From IMG/VR virus record IMGVR_UViG_3300035670_000261, positions 1 through 55,611 of that record: a stretch of DNA of 55,611 nucleotides; one strand, written 5' to 3'. The notes beneath the pieces are model-generated. The model had not been told where the DNA came from. It worked only from the letters and a program-made list of their open reading frames with translations, and searched no databases. Origin of the DNA: a virus (lineage: Duplodnaviria > Caudoviricetes). The position numbers and the translations under genes are program-made. Numbering within the stretch: position 1 is the stretch's first letter; the number at the start of each line of letters is the position of its first letter. Of this stretch, positions 44,578 through 54,160 are shown in pieces.

Positions 44578-47160
44578 ATGGCCGGATTTAGGATCAGTGA
44601 TCTTGCAGCACTAACGTCGGGCACGATTGCCAGCGGCGATATGTTTCTTGTGCAAGACGCAACTGAGACCGGCGACATTCGTTCCAAGAAAATTACATAC
44701 GGAGAACTTACTACAGGTATACATACGTCCTATACAATTCCGGACGGGTCAGTTACATATGCAAAACTACAAGACATATCTGCTCAATACCGCCTCCTTG
44801 GCCGTTCTTCTGCTGGGGCTGGCGATGCACAAGAAATAACTTCGTCAGCTAATGCTTTCTCGCTTATAGGCGCTGCCGACTACGCCGCCATGCGGACGTT
44901 GCTCGATCTAGAGCCCGGCGTTGACTTCGTTGCTATATCAGGCGGTACGTTTACTGGGACAGTTAACGTAAGCCAGGGCGCGGCGGCGACTACGGCTAGC
45001 GGGACGTTTGTTAATACCACTGACAACGCATCGGTGCAGGCGCTTCGCATAGAAGGGGATCGGGCGACGCCATCAACTAACGACACAGTTTATGCGGGGA
45101 TGTATCTCTCAAACGCATCAGGTACGCAATTTGAGTTTGCGCGAATTGAAGCGGTTGGGACGACGCTAACGGCGTCATCTGAGGCAGGTCGCATCAGATT
45201 TTATACAGCTTCTAGCGGAACATTAGTGTCAAGACTTCAGATAGGTTCCACAACGTTTTTCCCATCAACTAATGATGGGGTTGCATTGGGGCAGGGTGCA
45301 AACGCATTCTCGGATTTATTCCTAGCCTCTGGCGGCGTCATCAACTTCAACAACGGCGACGTAACTGTCACTCACTCCACCAACGCGCTGGCCTTCGCGG
45401 GCGCTTCGAGCGGGTATTCGTTCGATGCGGGCGTTAGCATCAGTCTTTCAGATGACACTGCAAGCGCGGGACCGCTCGTTATTGTTGAGCGAGTTTCTGC
45501 GTCCGCAGCAAATAATGACATCATGGGCCGTCTCGTTTTCAGAGGTCGTGACGACGCTGGAAACGCTGCTGACTACGCTTATATATCAAGCGTCATAATT
45601 GATCCGGTAAACGGATCAGAAGATGGCGCGATAGTCTTCAACACCCTGGTCAATAACGTAGCCACCGACCACCTTACGCTTCGAGGCGGCAACGCCCGTT
45701 TTAATGTCGCAGCCGTCCCGAACGCCAATGATGGCTCTGCACTTGGAACAGCCGCTCTCGGCTGGAGTGATCTGCACCTCGCTACAGGCGGCGTCATTAA
45801 CTGGGTCAATGGCGACGTAACTATAACTCACTCCAGCAACGCGCTCGCCTTCGCGGGCGCTTCGAGCGGGTATTCGTTTGATGCGACGGTCAGCGTTAGT
45901 CAGGGGGCGGCGGCGACTACGCCTAGTGGGACGTTTGTTAATACCACTGACAACGCATCGGTGCAGGCGCTTCGCATAGAAGGGGACCGCGCGACGCCTG
46001 CAGCGAACGACGAAGTTTACGCAAGCTTTCTGCTGAGCGACAGCGCGGGCAACCAAAGTGAGTTTGCGCGCATCACAGCGCTAGGCGCAACGATCACGAA
46101 CAATTCGGAAGTAGGTCAACTTCGATTTGGTGTCGCAAATGTTGGCGCCGTTGCCAACCTGATGCTCATGAACACCACGCGATTAGGGCCGCTCACAAAC
46201 GATGGCTTGGCGCTTGGTGTTGGCTCTGCGGCTTGGGCAGACCTGTTCCTTGCCAGCGGCGGCGTCGTCAATTTCAACAACGGCGACGTAACAATCACAC
46301 ACTCCAGCAACGCTTTGTCGGGTGCAGGTGGCCAGCTATACTGGCAATATGAAGCAGCTGCGACCACAGCGCCGCTGTGGCTAGCGAATAAGTTTGATGC
46401 CGCGTCCGTTACTGCTCTTCGTATCGAAGGCGACCGGGCAACGCCCACCAACAATGATGCTGTGGATATTGATGTGCGTCTGTCCAGCTCTACCGGGACG
46501 CAAACATCAGTCGGACGCCTCAAGTGGGTGAATTTCAACGTCACCGCAAGTTCGGAAAATACGTTCTTATACTTCGGGCTGAACCGAAACGGAACGATGA
46601 CCGACTATCTTGCGCTATCAAGCGAAGATTTAGCGCCGGTCGCTAATGATGGCATCTCGATAGGCGCAGCGACTAGGTCTTTCTCTGATCTGTATCTCGC
46701 GTCTGGCGGCGTTATCAACTTCAACAACGGCGACGTAACACTAACGCATTCGGCGGACGCACTAACAGTTGCTGGCGGCGATGTTATTCTTGCCGATGTT
46801 GGACCGTCATCTACGCTGAGCGCCGGCTTCCGTGGCTCACCAGTTAACACACAGAACACAGCGTACACGCTTGTTCTCACCGATGCTGGTAAAACTATCT
46901 ACCACGACGAAGTAACTGCGCGAACTTATACTATTCCTGCGAATTCGAGCGTAACATACCCAATTGGCACGACAATCATCATCGACAACACAGGCAATAG
47001 CGGTTCCGCTGGCACGATTACTTTGTCGATTACTACGGACACTTTGCGTCGTGGCGACGGCACAGCGGGCACGGGGTCGCGAACGATTGCTGCATCGGCA
47101 GTGGCTGTAATCCGTAAGACTAAGTCCACTGAATGGGTCATAACCGGAACGTACACCTAG
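44578..47160 (+). CDS. Long fibre protein with four internal ~150-aa modules
   Basis: DL(F/H/Y)LA(S/T)GGV(I/V)N(F/W)xNGDVTxTHS repeated four times; C-terminal adaptor domain. Confidence 0.8.
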   Translation: MAGFRISDLAALTSGTIASGDMFLVQDATETGDIRSKKITYGELTTGIHTSYTIPDGSVTYAKLQDISAQYRLLGRSSAGAGDAQEITSSANAFSLIGAADYAAMRTLLDLEPGVDFVAISGGTFTGTVNVSQGAAATTASGTFVNTTDNASVQALRIEGDRATPSTNDTVYAGMYLSNASGTQFEFARIEAVGTTLTASSEAGRIRFYTASSGTLVSRLQIGSTTFFPSTNDGVALGQGANAFSDLFLASGGVINFNNGDVTVTHSTNALAFAGASSGYSFDAGVSISLSDDTASAGPLVIVERVSASAANNDIMGRLVFRGRDDAGNAADYAYISSVIIDPVNGSEDGAIVFNTLVNNVATDHLTLRGGNARFNVAAVPNANDGSALGTAALGWSDLHLATGGVINWVNGDVTITHSSNALAFAGASSGYSFDATVSVSQGAAATTPSGTFVNTTDNASVQALRIEGDRATPAANDEVYASFLLSDSAGNQSEFARITALGATITNNSEVGQLRFGVANVGAVANLMLMNTTRLGPLTNDGLALGVGSAAWADLFLASGGVVNFNNGDVTITHSSNALSGAGGQLYWQYEAAATTAPLWLANKFDAASVTALRIEGDRATPTNNDAVDIDVRLSSSTGTQTSVGRLKWVNFNVTASSENTFLYFGLNRNGTMTDYLALSSEDLAPVANDGISIGAATRSFSDLYLASGGVINFNNGDVTLTHSADALTVAGGDVILADVGPSSTLSAGFRGSPVNTQNTAYTLVLTDAGKTIYHDEVTARTYTIPANSSVTYPIGTTIIIDNTGNSGSAGTITLSITTDTLRRGDGTAGTGSRTIAASAVAVIRKTKSTEWVITGTYT

Positions 47161-47169
47161 GAGATTACA

Positions 47170-47511
47170 ATGGTCGATATTATTAAGACGCCTCTGCGCT
47201 ACTTTGTTTCCTTGGACTCGACTGGTGCGCCAGCCAATTACCAGCGGGAGTATCAGCAACGTGTCGAAGACAACGGTGTCGAGCTGTTTCCGCCGCAAAT
47301 CAAAGTAGAAGATATTTCAGCTACTGAGTTTGAAGCATTCTTCAACAACGCCAGCGTAACTCTTAGCGCTACAGTAGCAGAACTTAACGCCGCAAATGTC
47401 GTGCTGAAAACCGAACGGGATGCGGCGTTTGCGATGGCTGAGTCGCTGAAACAGAAAGCTATGGACGCAATTGCTGCGGCTCAACCGCTTGTACAAGCTG
47501 TTGGTGACTAA
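47170..47511 (+). CDS. Fibre-associated protein (113 aa)
   Basis: AGGAG RBS; C-terminal coiled coil. Confidence 0.6.
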   Translation: MVDIIKTPLRYFVSLDSTGAPANYQREYQQRVEDNGVELFPPQIKVEDISATEFEAFFNNASVTLSATVAELNAANVVLKTERDAAFAMAESLKQKAMDAIAAAQPLVQAVGD

Positions 47512-47882
47512 TGACTGGTGTGCTCTGCGCCGCTGTTGGAGCCAAGACCGCCGCTGGCGGGGCCGTGCTATCGTTTAGTGGCACGTTCTCTTCTGCTGGC
47601 GCAACCGTCACAGTCACGTCAGCGACGCGCACGATCACTGGAACAGGCACCCTCTTATTCAATAACCTGGCTTTCTCAGATAGTGCGACGGCTATTAGCT
47701 ACAGCAAAAACGGCGGTGCGTTCACTACAATATCCGAAGGCAATACTTTGGCCATGTCCAACGGCGATACATTAGCTTTGCGTGGGCAGGTCGGAGCAAC
47801 AGTTGGCAGCGTCGCTGAGATGGATTTACGGGATAATTCGGGCGCTGTGCTGATTGAACACGTTACATTTACGAGGACATAA
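47511..47882 (+). CDS. Fibre-tip-like protein (123 aa)
   Basis: TAATG coupling; similar to 52563..53015. Confidence 0.6.
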   Translation: MTGVLCAAVGAKTAAGGAVLSFSGTFSSAGATVTVTSATRTITGTGTLLFNNLAFSDSATAISYSKNGGAFTTISEGNTLAMSNGDTLALRGQVGATVGSVAEMDLRDNSGAVLIEHVTFTRT

Positions 47883-48802
47883 TGCCTACTACTCTGACAT
47901 CTTCCACGCCGGCTAGCACTTTCAATCAGTTGCTGCATGTCGATGGCGGTCTTGATGCTACCGAGAAAACTGTCCTCGGCGGAACGGGCACGCCATCAGC
48001 TATTAAAGTTAGCACCGGATCGGCTAGCGTCGATAATATTCGACTCGACGGCAACACCATTTCTACGCTTAACGCCAACGGCAATCTTACTCTAGCGCCT
48101 GACGGTTCAGGTTCAGTGGCCATGTCGAAAGTGGCGATCACTGGCGGCACGATCAGCGGTATTACTGACTTAGCAATTGCCGACGGCGGCACGGGTGCGA
48201 GTAACGCAAGTGACGCTCGCGCAAATCTTGGGCTTGGTACGATGGCTACGCAGGCTTCGTCTGCGGTGACGATCACCGGCGGCACGATTTCAGGTGTCAC
48301 GCTACCATTCAATTCTATTACGAATATCGCTTACGCATCATTCTATGACGCGACCACTTCAAACCAAACCGGCAGTACGACTGACCGTACTGCGGTCAAG
48401 TGGGCTACTGCCGCCGTCGCCGGCTCTGGCATCACTGTAGCTAGCACGTCAAGAATTACACTTGCAGCGGCGGGAACATATCGTTTCAATGCTAGTATCC
48501 AGCTTACTAACGCCGACACAAGCGACCACGATGCAACTTTTTGGTGGGCGAAAAACGGCACAAACATCACTGCTTCCGGCGCAAAAGTAACTGTTCCGAA
48601 AACGGGCGACGGCGGTAAAGCTTTGGTGGCGTTTGAGATTTTCGAAACTGTCGCCGCCAACGACTACATTGAAATGTACTGGCTACCGGAAAACGCAAAT
48701 ATCACATTACACTATGTAGCCGCTGTGGCCGCAAACCCCGGCGTAACGCCGGCAATCCCCGTTATTCCGCCTGCTATTGTTGTCGTGCAGAGGGTAGCGT
48801 AA
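47882..48802 (+). CDS. Fibre protein with C-terminal C1q/TNF-like beta domain
   Basis: DGGTGAS...ARANLGLGTMATQ shaft; ITLAAAGTYRFNASIQ...ANDYIEMYW. Confidence 0.7.
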   Translation: MPTTLTSSTPASTFNQLLHVDGGLDATEKTVLGGTGTPSAIKVSTGSASVDNIRLDGNTISTLNANGNLTLAPDGSGSVAMSKVAITGGTISGITDLAIADGGTGASNASDARANLGLGTMATQASSAVTITGGTISGVTLPFNSITNIAYASFYDATTSNQTGSTTDRTAVKWATAAVAGSGITVASTSRITLAAAGTYRFNASIQLTNADTSDHDATFWWAKNGTNITASGAKVTVPKTGDGGKALVAFEIFETVAANDYIEMYWLPENANITLHYVAAVAANPGVTPAIPVIPPAIVVVQRVA

Positions 48803-49074
48803 TGGCCAACAAACTTAGCAAAAGCGCTATGGCTTGCAATAAACCGCGAGCCACGCCGGATCACCCTAAGAAGTCCCATGTTGTTAAAGCCTGCGAAGGC
48901 GGCAAAGAGAAGCTTATTCGATTTGGGCAGAAGGGTGTGCAGGGATCGCCGAAGAAAGCCGGTGAGTCAGAGGCGTACCGCAAGCGGCGGGAAAGCTTCA
49001 AAGCGCGCCATGCTAAGAATATCGCAAAGGGTAAGATGAGCGCGGCGTACTGGGCAGATCGCGTTAAGTGGTAA
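48802..49074 (+). CDS. Small basic protein (IRFGQ...FKARH...SAAYW family)
   Basis: TAATG coupling; Lys-rich. Confidence 0.7.
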   Translation: MANKLSKSAMACNKPRATPDHPKKSHVVKACEGGKEKLIRFGQKGVQGSPKKAGESEAYRKRRESFKARHAKNIAKGKMSAAYWADRVKW

Positions 49075-49085
49075 AGGAATACCGC

Positions 49086-49241
49086 ATGACAAAGAAACCT
49101 TGGGAACGACCTAACCCAGCTAAAAAGTCCACGCCGCTCACTCCGGCGCAGAAGGCTAGGGCCAAGGCTGCCGCGAAGAAAGCTGGCAGACCATACCCAA
49201 ATCTTGTAGACAATATGAACGCAGCAAAGGGCCGCAAATGA
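49086..49241 (+). CDS. 51-aa basic protein MTKKPWERPNP...GRPYPNLVDNMNAAKGRK
   Basis: Hand translation; AAGGA RBS; ATGA overlap with the next gene. Confidence 0.7.
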   Translation: MTKKPWERPNPAKKSTPLTPAQKARAKAAAKKAGRPYPNLVDNMNAAKGRK

Positions 49242-49507
49242 CCAAGTATCTTAAGAACATCAAAGATGGTTTTATCTACGAGTGGCATCCCATCCTCGCT
49301 AAGAACCCGCTTTGCGTGGAAGTCAGCGAAGAGGAAGCTTTCCCTGAACGCTTCGTTAAGGCTAAAGCGATAGAAATCGTAGAGAAGCGGAAGCGGCAAG
49401 GGCGCAGAACCGTCGACATCTCAGTAGATGAGAGCGTTGAGCAAGAAGAGTTCAAGTTCGATTTTCCTGAACTGAACGCCGATGCATCGCGGAGCTTGCC
49501 TAAGTGA
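49238..49507 (+). CDS. Hypothetical protein (89 aa)
   Basis: Coupled within the late operon. Confidence 0.65.
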   Translation: MTKYLKNIKDGFIYEWHPILAKNPLCVEVSEEEAFPERFVKAKAIEIVEKRKRQGRRTVDISVDESVEQEEFKFDFPELNADASRSLPK

Positions 49508-50175
49508 CACCAGCATCTGTAATAGCCGAGGTTAGGCCTATTATTCAGGACACGCTTGCGCCGTATCGCTATAGCGACGCGGTGTTGCTCGGCTTTTTTA
49601 ATCAGATACTGAAACGCATGGTGCCGTACCGGCCTGATCTATTTATGGTCAATGGTTCTGTGTCGGTCACTGCAGACAACGTGTTACAGAGCTTACCATC
49701 TTCAGCCGTGCGCCTTGTAGAAGTATATCAGGTGGTTGGTGGGGACGCTCTTACCGAAGTAAATCGCGAAACTCTAGACCAAATGTATCCGGGGTGGCGT
49801 GTCGAAGCATCGGGCACGCCGGTCAATTTTATGCGTCACCCCCGCAGCCCAAACAAATTTTTTCTGTATCCTAGACCTACAAGCGGGATAACGATTCTTG
49901 TAGAGTACGTCAACACACCAACAACATACAATCTAAATGATACTGTGACCGAGCTACCGGACACGTACCTTCCGATGATTGTGGACGGCGTGGTTTATAT
50001 GGCCGAGGCGGTCAACGCTGAGTCGGTCGCTAATGGCCGGGCTAAGTTCTATCTTGATTCCTTCCTTGAGGCGCTGGGCGTGGAATTGGGTACTCGCGCC
50101 CTGGTCGATTCTGAGTCTGGTGCAGTAGGCATGCAAGCGTCGCGCCGCAGCGCACAGGAGGGCCAAGGTGGTTGA
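49504..50175 (+). CDS. Head-tail adaptor / tail tubular A-like protein
   Basis: IQDT...RYSD.VLL, RPDL and FFLYPRP motifs; start codon uncertain. Confidence 0.7.
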   Translation: MTPASVIAEVRPIIQDTLAPYRYSDAVLLGFFNQILKRMVPYRPDLFMVNGSVSVTADNVLQSLPSSAVRLVEVYQVVGGDALTEVNRETLDQMYPGWRVEASGTPVNFMRHPRSPNKFFLYPRPTSGITILVEYVNTPTTYNLNDTVTELPDTYLPMIVDGVVYMAEAVNAESVANGRAKFYLDSFLEALGVELGTRALVDSESGAVGMQASRRSAQEGQGG

Positions 50176-50938
50176 CCGAGCTTTCTCCACACTAACAGCG
50201 CGCGCCGCGCCATATGCCCCTGGATGCCCTACGGAGACTATTCGTAGGTATATTAGGGATGCAGCGATTAATGTCTGCGAACGCTCGCTTGCATGGAGGT
50301 ATGAGATACCTAAGTACGAGCTGCTTCCCGGTGTGCATAAATACACATTTAATGTACCGGCAAACACAGAAGTATGTTGTATCTTTGCCGCTGTAGTAAA
50401 CGACCAACCCCTGGATTTGCTAAGCCTCGATAGCGCTATTCAGCAATATCCTAAGTGGGCTGATTTATATAGCGGCGAAGACCCGGATGTTCTGTGGAGC
50501 CTGACGCCTTCAGCATCAGTAAACTCGTATGTTTATAACGAACAGACATTCGACGGCATTACGGATTTTGTCCTGCCCGATGAAGTAGTCGCAGAGGCGT
50601 CAACGCCTAAAGCAGTAACGCAACTCACTCCGGATCAATATGTAATCCTTCCGCTTCCAGATGGAGAGCGGGAATACTTTATGCGTATGTTCGTGGCGCT
50701 TAAGCCGCGCCGTGACGCAACAAGTATGGAGCAGAACATCTTCAATGATCTTGAGGATGCGATTCTGCACAGGGCTCTTAACAACCTGCTTATTCTGCCA
50801 AATGTGCCGTGGTCTGATCGAGATGGAGCAACTTACCACGCTAGGCAATATTACTACTATGTCCATGAGCGTAAGGCGAGAGCAAACCTAGGTAACAGCC
50901 GAGGCTCTATGTCTATTCGCATGCGACCGCTGGCGTAG
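50168..50938 (+). CDS. Second adaptor-like virion protein
   Basis: APGCP...IRDAAINVCERS and ALKP...PNVPWSD motifs. Confidence 0.65.
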   Translation: MVDRAFSTLTARAAPYAPGCPTETIRRYIRDAAINVCERSLAWRYEIPKYELLPGVHKYTFNVPANTEVCCIFAAVVNDQPLDLLSLDSAIQQYPKWADLYSGEDPDVLWSLTPSASVNSYVYNEQTFDGITDFVLPDEVVAEASTPKAVTQLTPDQYVILPLPDGEREYFMRMFVALKPRRDATSMEQNIFNDLEDAILHRALNNLLILPNVPWSDRDGATYHARQYYYYVHERKARANLGNSRGSMSIRMRPLA

Positions 50939-50945
50939 GTGGTCT

Positions 50946-51266
50946 ATGGTAGCTGTATTCAAAAACAACGCCACGACTACTTTAGCCAGCGCAATGAGCA
51001 GCGGCGATACAAGCATTAGTGTTGTGGATGCCTCGGTATTCCCTGTGCTTAATGTCGGCGACTTTTTCAACGCCACGATCCAAAGCACGACTAACAACTA
51101 CGAGATCGTGCGCGTGACGGCCATTGCGGGCAATGCTCTGACGGTGACGCGGGCGCAAGAAGATACGCTAGCTATTCCGTTTCAAGCGGGCAGCCGTATA
51201 GAGTTGCGGACTACTAAAGTCAATTTGGAAAGTTCTCTCATATCCGGCGATTACTTAATTCTGTGA
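50946..51266 (+). CDS. Stand-alone fibre-anchor domain protein
   Basis: KNNA...EIVRVTA...VTRAQE.T...IELRTT; paralogous to the N-terminus of the next gene. Confidence 0.7.
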   Translation: MVAVFKNNATTTLASAMSSGDTSISVVDASVFPVLNVGDFFNATIQSTTNNYEIVRVTAIAGNALTVTRAQEDTLAIPFQAGSRIELRTTKVNLESSLISGDYLIL

Positions 51267-51276
51267 CGGTGCTATT

Positions 51277-52566
51277 ATGGGTATTCAACTTAAGAACAAC
51301 GCTGTAGGATATCTTAGCACCGCAATCAGCAACGCTGATACCGGTATCGCCCTTGTGTATGGCGACGGAGCTAACTTTCCTACACTTGGCGTAGGAGATT
51401 ATTTCTACGCTACACTAGTGTCTACTAGCGGCGTTCGCGAAGTAGTGAAAGTCACGGCACGTTCCGGCGACTCTATCACCGTATTGCGTGGCCAGGAAGG
51501 AACGATTGCTCAGGCCTTTGCATCTGGCACGGCGCTTGAGCTGCGTGTCACTGCGCAAAATATGCTTGATGCTGGCAGCGCGGGCGCTTCCGCCCTGTTG
51601 AGCGGGGCAAATACATGGACCGGCGTCAATACTTTTGAGAACCGCGTTGACTTTGACAATGGTTCCGAACTTCGTTTCTATGATAGCACAGATACTAATT
51701 ACCATAGCTTGCGCAATGATAGCAATGCTCTGGAGTTTACTTACAACAATACAGATTATGCAATCGTCAGTTCCTCTGGCATTATGGATTTCATTACCGC
51801 GCCTACAATTGGCGGAGCGTATATCTATCGTGCTGGTGGTACTGATATTCCAGTTGCAGATGGCGGCACCGGCGCTAGTACGACAACGGACGCGCGCACC
51901 AATCTTGGCCTCGGCACGGCTAATAGCGTAACTTTTAGCCGTCAAACGTTATCTACAAACGTATTTGCTGGGCCTGTACCAAGTTTGGTTATGAATCAGA
52001 CTTGGTATGATGTACTTAATGTATATAGTTTTCTTGAGATGAATGCTACTAGCGGCGCTACCGCATCAGCATTGTCTACGTTCATTGACTGCAAGACAGA
52101 TAGCACATCCAAGTTTAAAGTGTTCAAGGACGGCTCTGCCGAGTTTGCAGCTGGCGTTACAGTGAATGGCCAGTCAGTAGTTACCGGAACTGCCGGCACC
52201 ATCTTCACACAAAACGCAAACAACGTCTCCATCACAGGCGGATCAATCACCGGTATTACCACAGCGCAAATGCGTGTGGCTGTTTCGTCCGAGTCAAGCG
52301 GCACACTTAGTACAACATCCGCGAACAAGTCAGTGTTTCTTAGCAGCGGCATAACTGTGCCGAATAACGTATTTTCCGCTGGGGATATTATTCTCGTCTA
52401 CAATGATTCCAATACAAGTAAGGTAATTACGCAAGGCACCGGCGTTACTCTTCGCTTGGCCGGCACGACCACAACTGGCTCTCGTACTCTAGCTGCTTAT
52501 GGCGTTGGTTCGTTGCTGTTCAAGAGTGCTTCTGAAGTTGTGTTCAGCGGGACGGGTATATCGTGA
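51277..52566 (+). CDS. Tail fibre protein
   Basis: N-terminal anchor domain, DGGTGAS...ARTNLGLG shaft, C-terminal adaptor domain. Confidence 0.8.
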   Translation: MGIQLKNNAVGYLSTAISNADTGIALVYGDGANFPTLGVGDYFYATLVSTSGVREVVKVTARSGDSITVLRGQEGTIAQAFASGTALELRVTAQNMLDAGSAGASALLSGANTWTGVNTFENRVDFDNGSELRFYDSTDTNYHSLRNDSNALEFTYNNTDYAIVSSSGIMDFITAPTIGGAYIYRAGGTDIPVADGGTGASTTTDARTNLGLGTANSVTFSRQTLSTNVFAGPVPSLVMNQTWYDVLNVYSFLEMNATSGATASALSTFIDCKTDSTSKFKVFKDGSAEFAAGVTVNGQSVVTGTAGTIFTQNANNVSITGGSITGITTAQMRVAVSSESSGTLSTTSANKSVFLSSGITVPNNVFSAGDIILVYNDSNTSKVITQGTGVTLRLAGTTTTGSRTLAAYGVGSLLFKSASEVVFSGTGIS

Positions 52567-53015
52567 GCGCGCTTCTATCTCTAGTCAACGCTACATTTGT
52601 ACCTGGGCTCGACGCTATTACAGCGACATGGGCGAATATAATTTTTACACACCCCACGCTTACCGGTACAAATGCTAACGTAACCATCACTTATACAAGC
52701 GGCGGAACTCGCGATCTTCGAGTTACTTTCTCTGCGTTTGGTACGATTTCATATCGCGTGAATTCCGGATCATATGTGCCTATTAGCACCAATGGAACTT
52801 TTACAGTTTCTTCCGGTGACACCGTCAATTTCAAATTCGATGCCGTCTCAGGATCATATGAGTATCGGTACATAACAATCGCCGATGCTACGCGTGACTC
52901 GACTATAAGCACATTTGTAGCCGCTTACGAGAATAGTAGCGGCGGCGGATTCGACCCACCCCCGCCCGGTGGAGAAGAAGGTGGCGGTGGAAACGATGGA
53001 GGGCACCCAGTATGA
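52563..53015 (+). CDS. Fibre-tip-like protein (150 aa)
   Basis: GTGA overlap; beta-rich; Gly/Pro tail. Confidence 0.6.
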   Translation: MSALLSLVNATFVPGLDAITATWANIIFTHPTLTGTNANVTITYTSGGTRDLRVTFSAFGTISYRVNSGSYVPISTNGTFTVSSGDTVNFKFDAVSGSYEYRYITIADATRDSTISTFVAAYENSSGGGFDPPPPGGEEGGGGNDGGHPV

Positions 53016-53230
53016 CGCATGACCAAATACCGAATCTTGCTGATTGGGGCCGCCTATTGGAAAAAGTGGATGCTCTAGTGGAACGGACTGATGCGCTGCA
53101 CAAGGACGTAACCGGCCTCAAAGCTGCGCTTAATAAAGGCTGGGGTGTCGTCGTCGGCGCTGTGGCCATCATCGGCTTGTTTGCCGGCGAGCTAATCACT
53201 GGAATAAAGCGTTTGATAGGAATAGGATAA
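53012..53230 (+). CDS. Coiled-coil plus TM protein (holin/antiholin-like)
   Basis: GGAGG RBS; one C-terminal TM segment; lysis-cassette position. Confidence 0.55.
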   Translation: MTHDQIPNLADWGRLLEKVDALVERTDALHKDVTGLKAALNKGWGVVVGAVAIIGLFAGELITGIKRLIGIG

Positions 53231-53508
53231 TGACACCAGCTGAAGACATTATGAAGAGCCGGCAGGCTTGGTTTTGGCGACGCACAACGCTGCAAGTTAC
53301 ACTTCTGGCGCTTGCCTTGGTTCTTGCTGCTTCCATGTTTATTACTGCATCACGAGCGGGGGACTGGCCCACGACGGTTGTACAAGTAGCTATCGTATCC
53401 GCAATGGCTTGGCTTGTGACAATGTATTTTGCAATGGTCGATAATGCGGCTAAGGTTGGCGAACTCGTCAAGCAGATTGGCGATGCTGTAGATAAGGCCA
53501 GAGAGTAA
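53230..53508 (+). CDS. Putative holin (two TM segments)
   Basis: Two hydrophobic segments and a charged C-terminus; directly upstream of the spanins. Confidence 0.6.
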   Translation: MTPAEDIMKSRQAWFWRRTTLQVTLLALALVLAASMFITASRAGDWPTTVVQVAIVSAMAWLVTMYFAMVDNAAKVGELVKQIGDAVDKARE

Positions 53509-53509
53509 T

Positions 53510-53929
53510 ATGCTTTCCTTCCTCAAGATCGCATTCAATCGGTATGGATGGGTTGTACTAGTAGCAACACTTGTTTGGATGTACGTCCTGATTTTGCAGG
53601 GTGAATCCGCGCGATTGAAGGAGCGTCTTGAGGAAGCGGAGTTATCTCTGTCCGTAGCGCAGCAGCAGCTGCATGTTAATGCCGTAACGATCTCAGTACT
53701 AGAAGCTACAGCAAGCGCGCAACATCAGCTGATGGTTATAGAAGACGAAGCTGTAGAAGCTATAGAGGAAGCACCTAATGCAAATGAACCTGTTCCGCCC
53801 GATGTTGCTATCGCTTGGGCTAATGGCATTAACAGCCTGCGGGCATCGCCCGGAGCCGATGGTGGTGTCGCTCACAGTACCAGACTCGCTGAGAACTCCG
53901 TGCGAGAGGCCGGCGATGCCGTCGCCTAG
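53510..53929 (+). CDS. i-spanin (Rz-like)
   Basis: N-terminal TM segment plus coiled coil; overlapped by a lipoprotein ORF. Confidence 0.7.
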   Translation: MLSFLKIAFNRYGWVVLVATLVWMYVLILQGESARLKERLEEAELSLSVAQQQLHVNAVTISVLEATASAQHQLMVIEDEAVEAIEEAPNANEPVPPDVAIAWANGINSLRASPGADGGVAHSTRLAENSVREAGDAVA

Positions 53930-54050
53930 TGGACTGACAGTAGGACAACTGGCTGAGTTTTCAGTCAGGCAAGAAGCAGCGCTGGCTGCATGTGACCAAC
54001 GGCGCGCAGCCGTTGTATCCATTATCGAGCAGACGAATAGGAGAGACTAA
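53778..54050 (+). CDS. o-spanin (Rz1-like lipoprotein)
   Basis: Lipobox LMALTA-C; Pro-rich VPDSLRTPC; overlaps the i-spanin in another frame. Confidence 0.8.
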   Translation: MQMNLFRPMLLSLGLMALTACGHRPEPMVVSLTVPDSLRTPCERPAMPSPSGLTVGQLAEFSVRQEAALAACDQRRAAVVSIIEQTNRRD

Positions 54051-54160
54051 TGGCTAAGTCAGCAAAGAAAGCAGCGTTTCAACCATGCAAAGGTTGTCCG
54101 TCTCCGGCTAAATGCCGCGCCGCAGGACGTTGCATGATGAAGGGAAAAGGTAAGTACTAA
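54050..54160 (+). CDS. 36-aa basic four-Cys peptide MAKSAKKAAFQPCKGCPSPAKCRAAGRCMMKGKGKY
   Basis: Hand translation; AGGAG RBS; TAATG coupling at both ends. Confidence 0.7.
   Translation: MAKSAKKAAFQPCKGCPSPAKCRAAGRCMMKGKGKY

Noticed and set aside
51240-51290. Programmed frameshift or readthrough joining the 106-aa anchor gene to the fibre
   Set aside because: The genes are in different frames, there is no slippery sequence, and the downstream gene has its own complete anchor domain.
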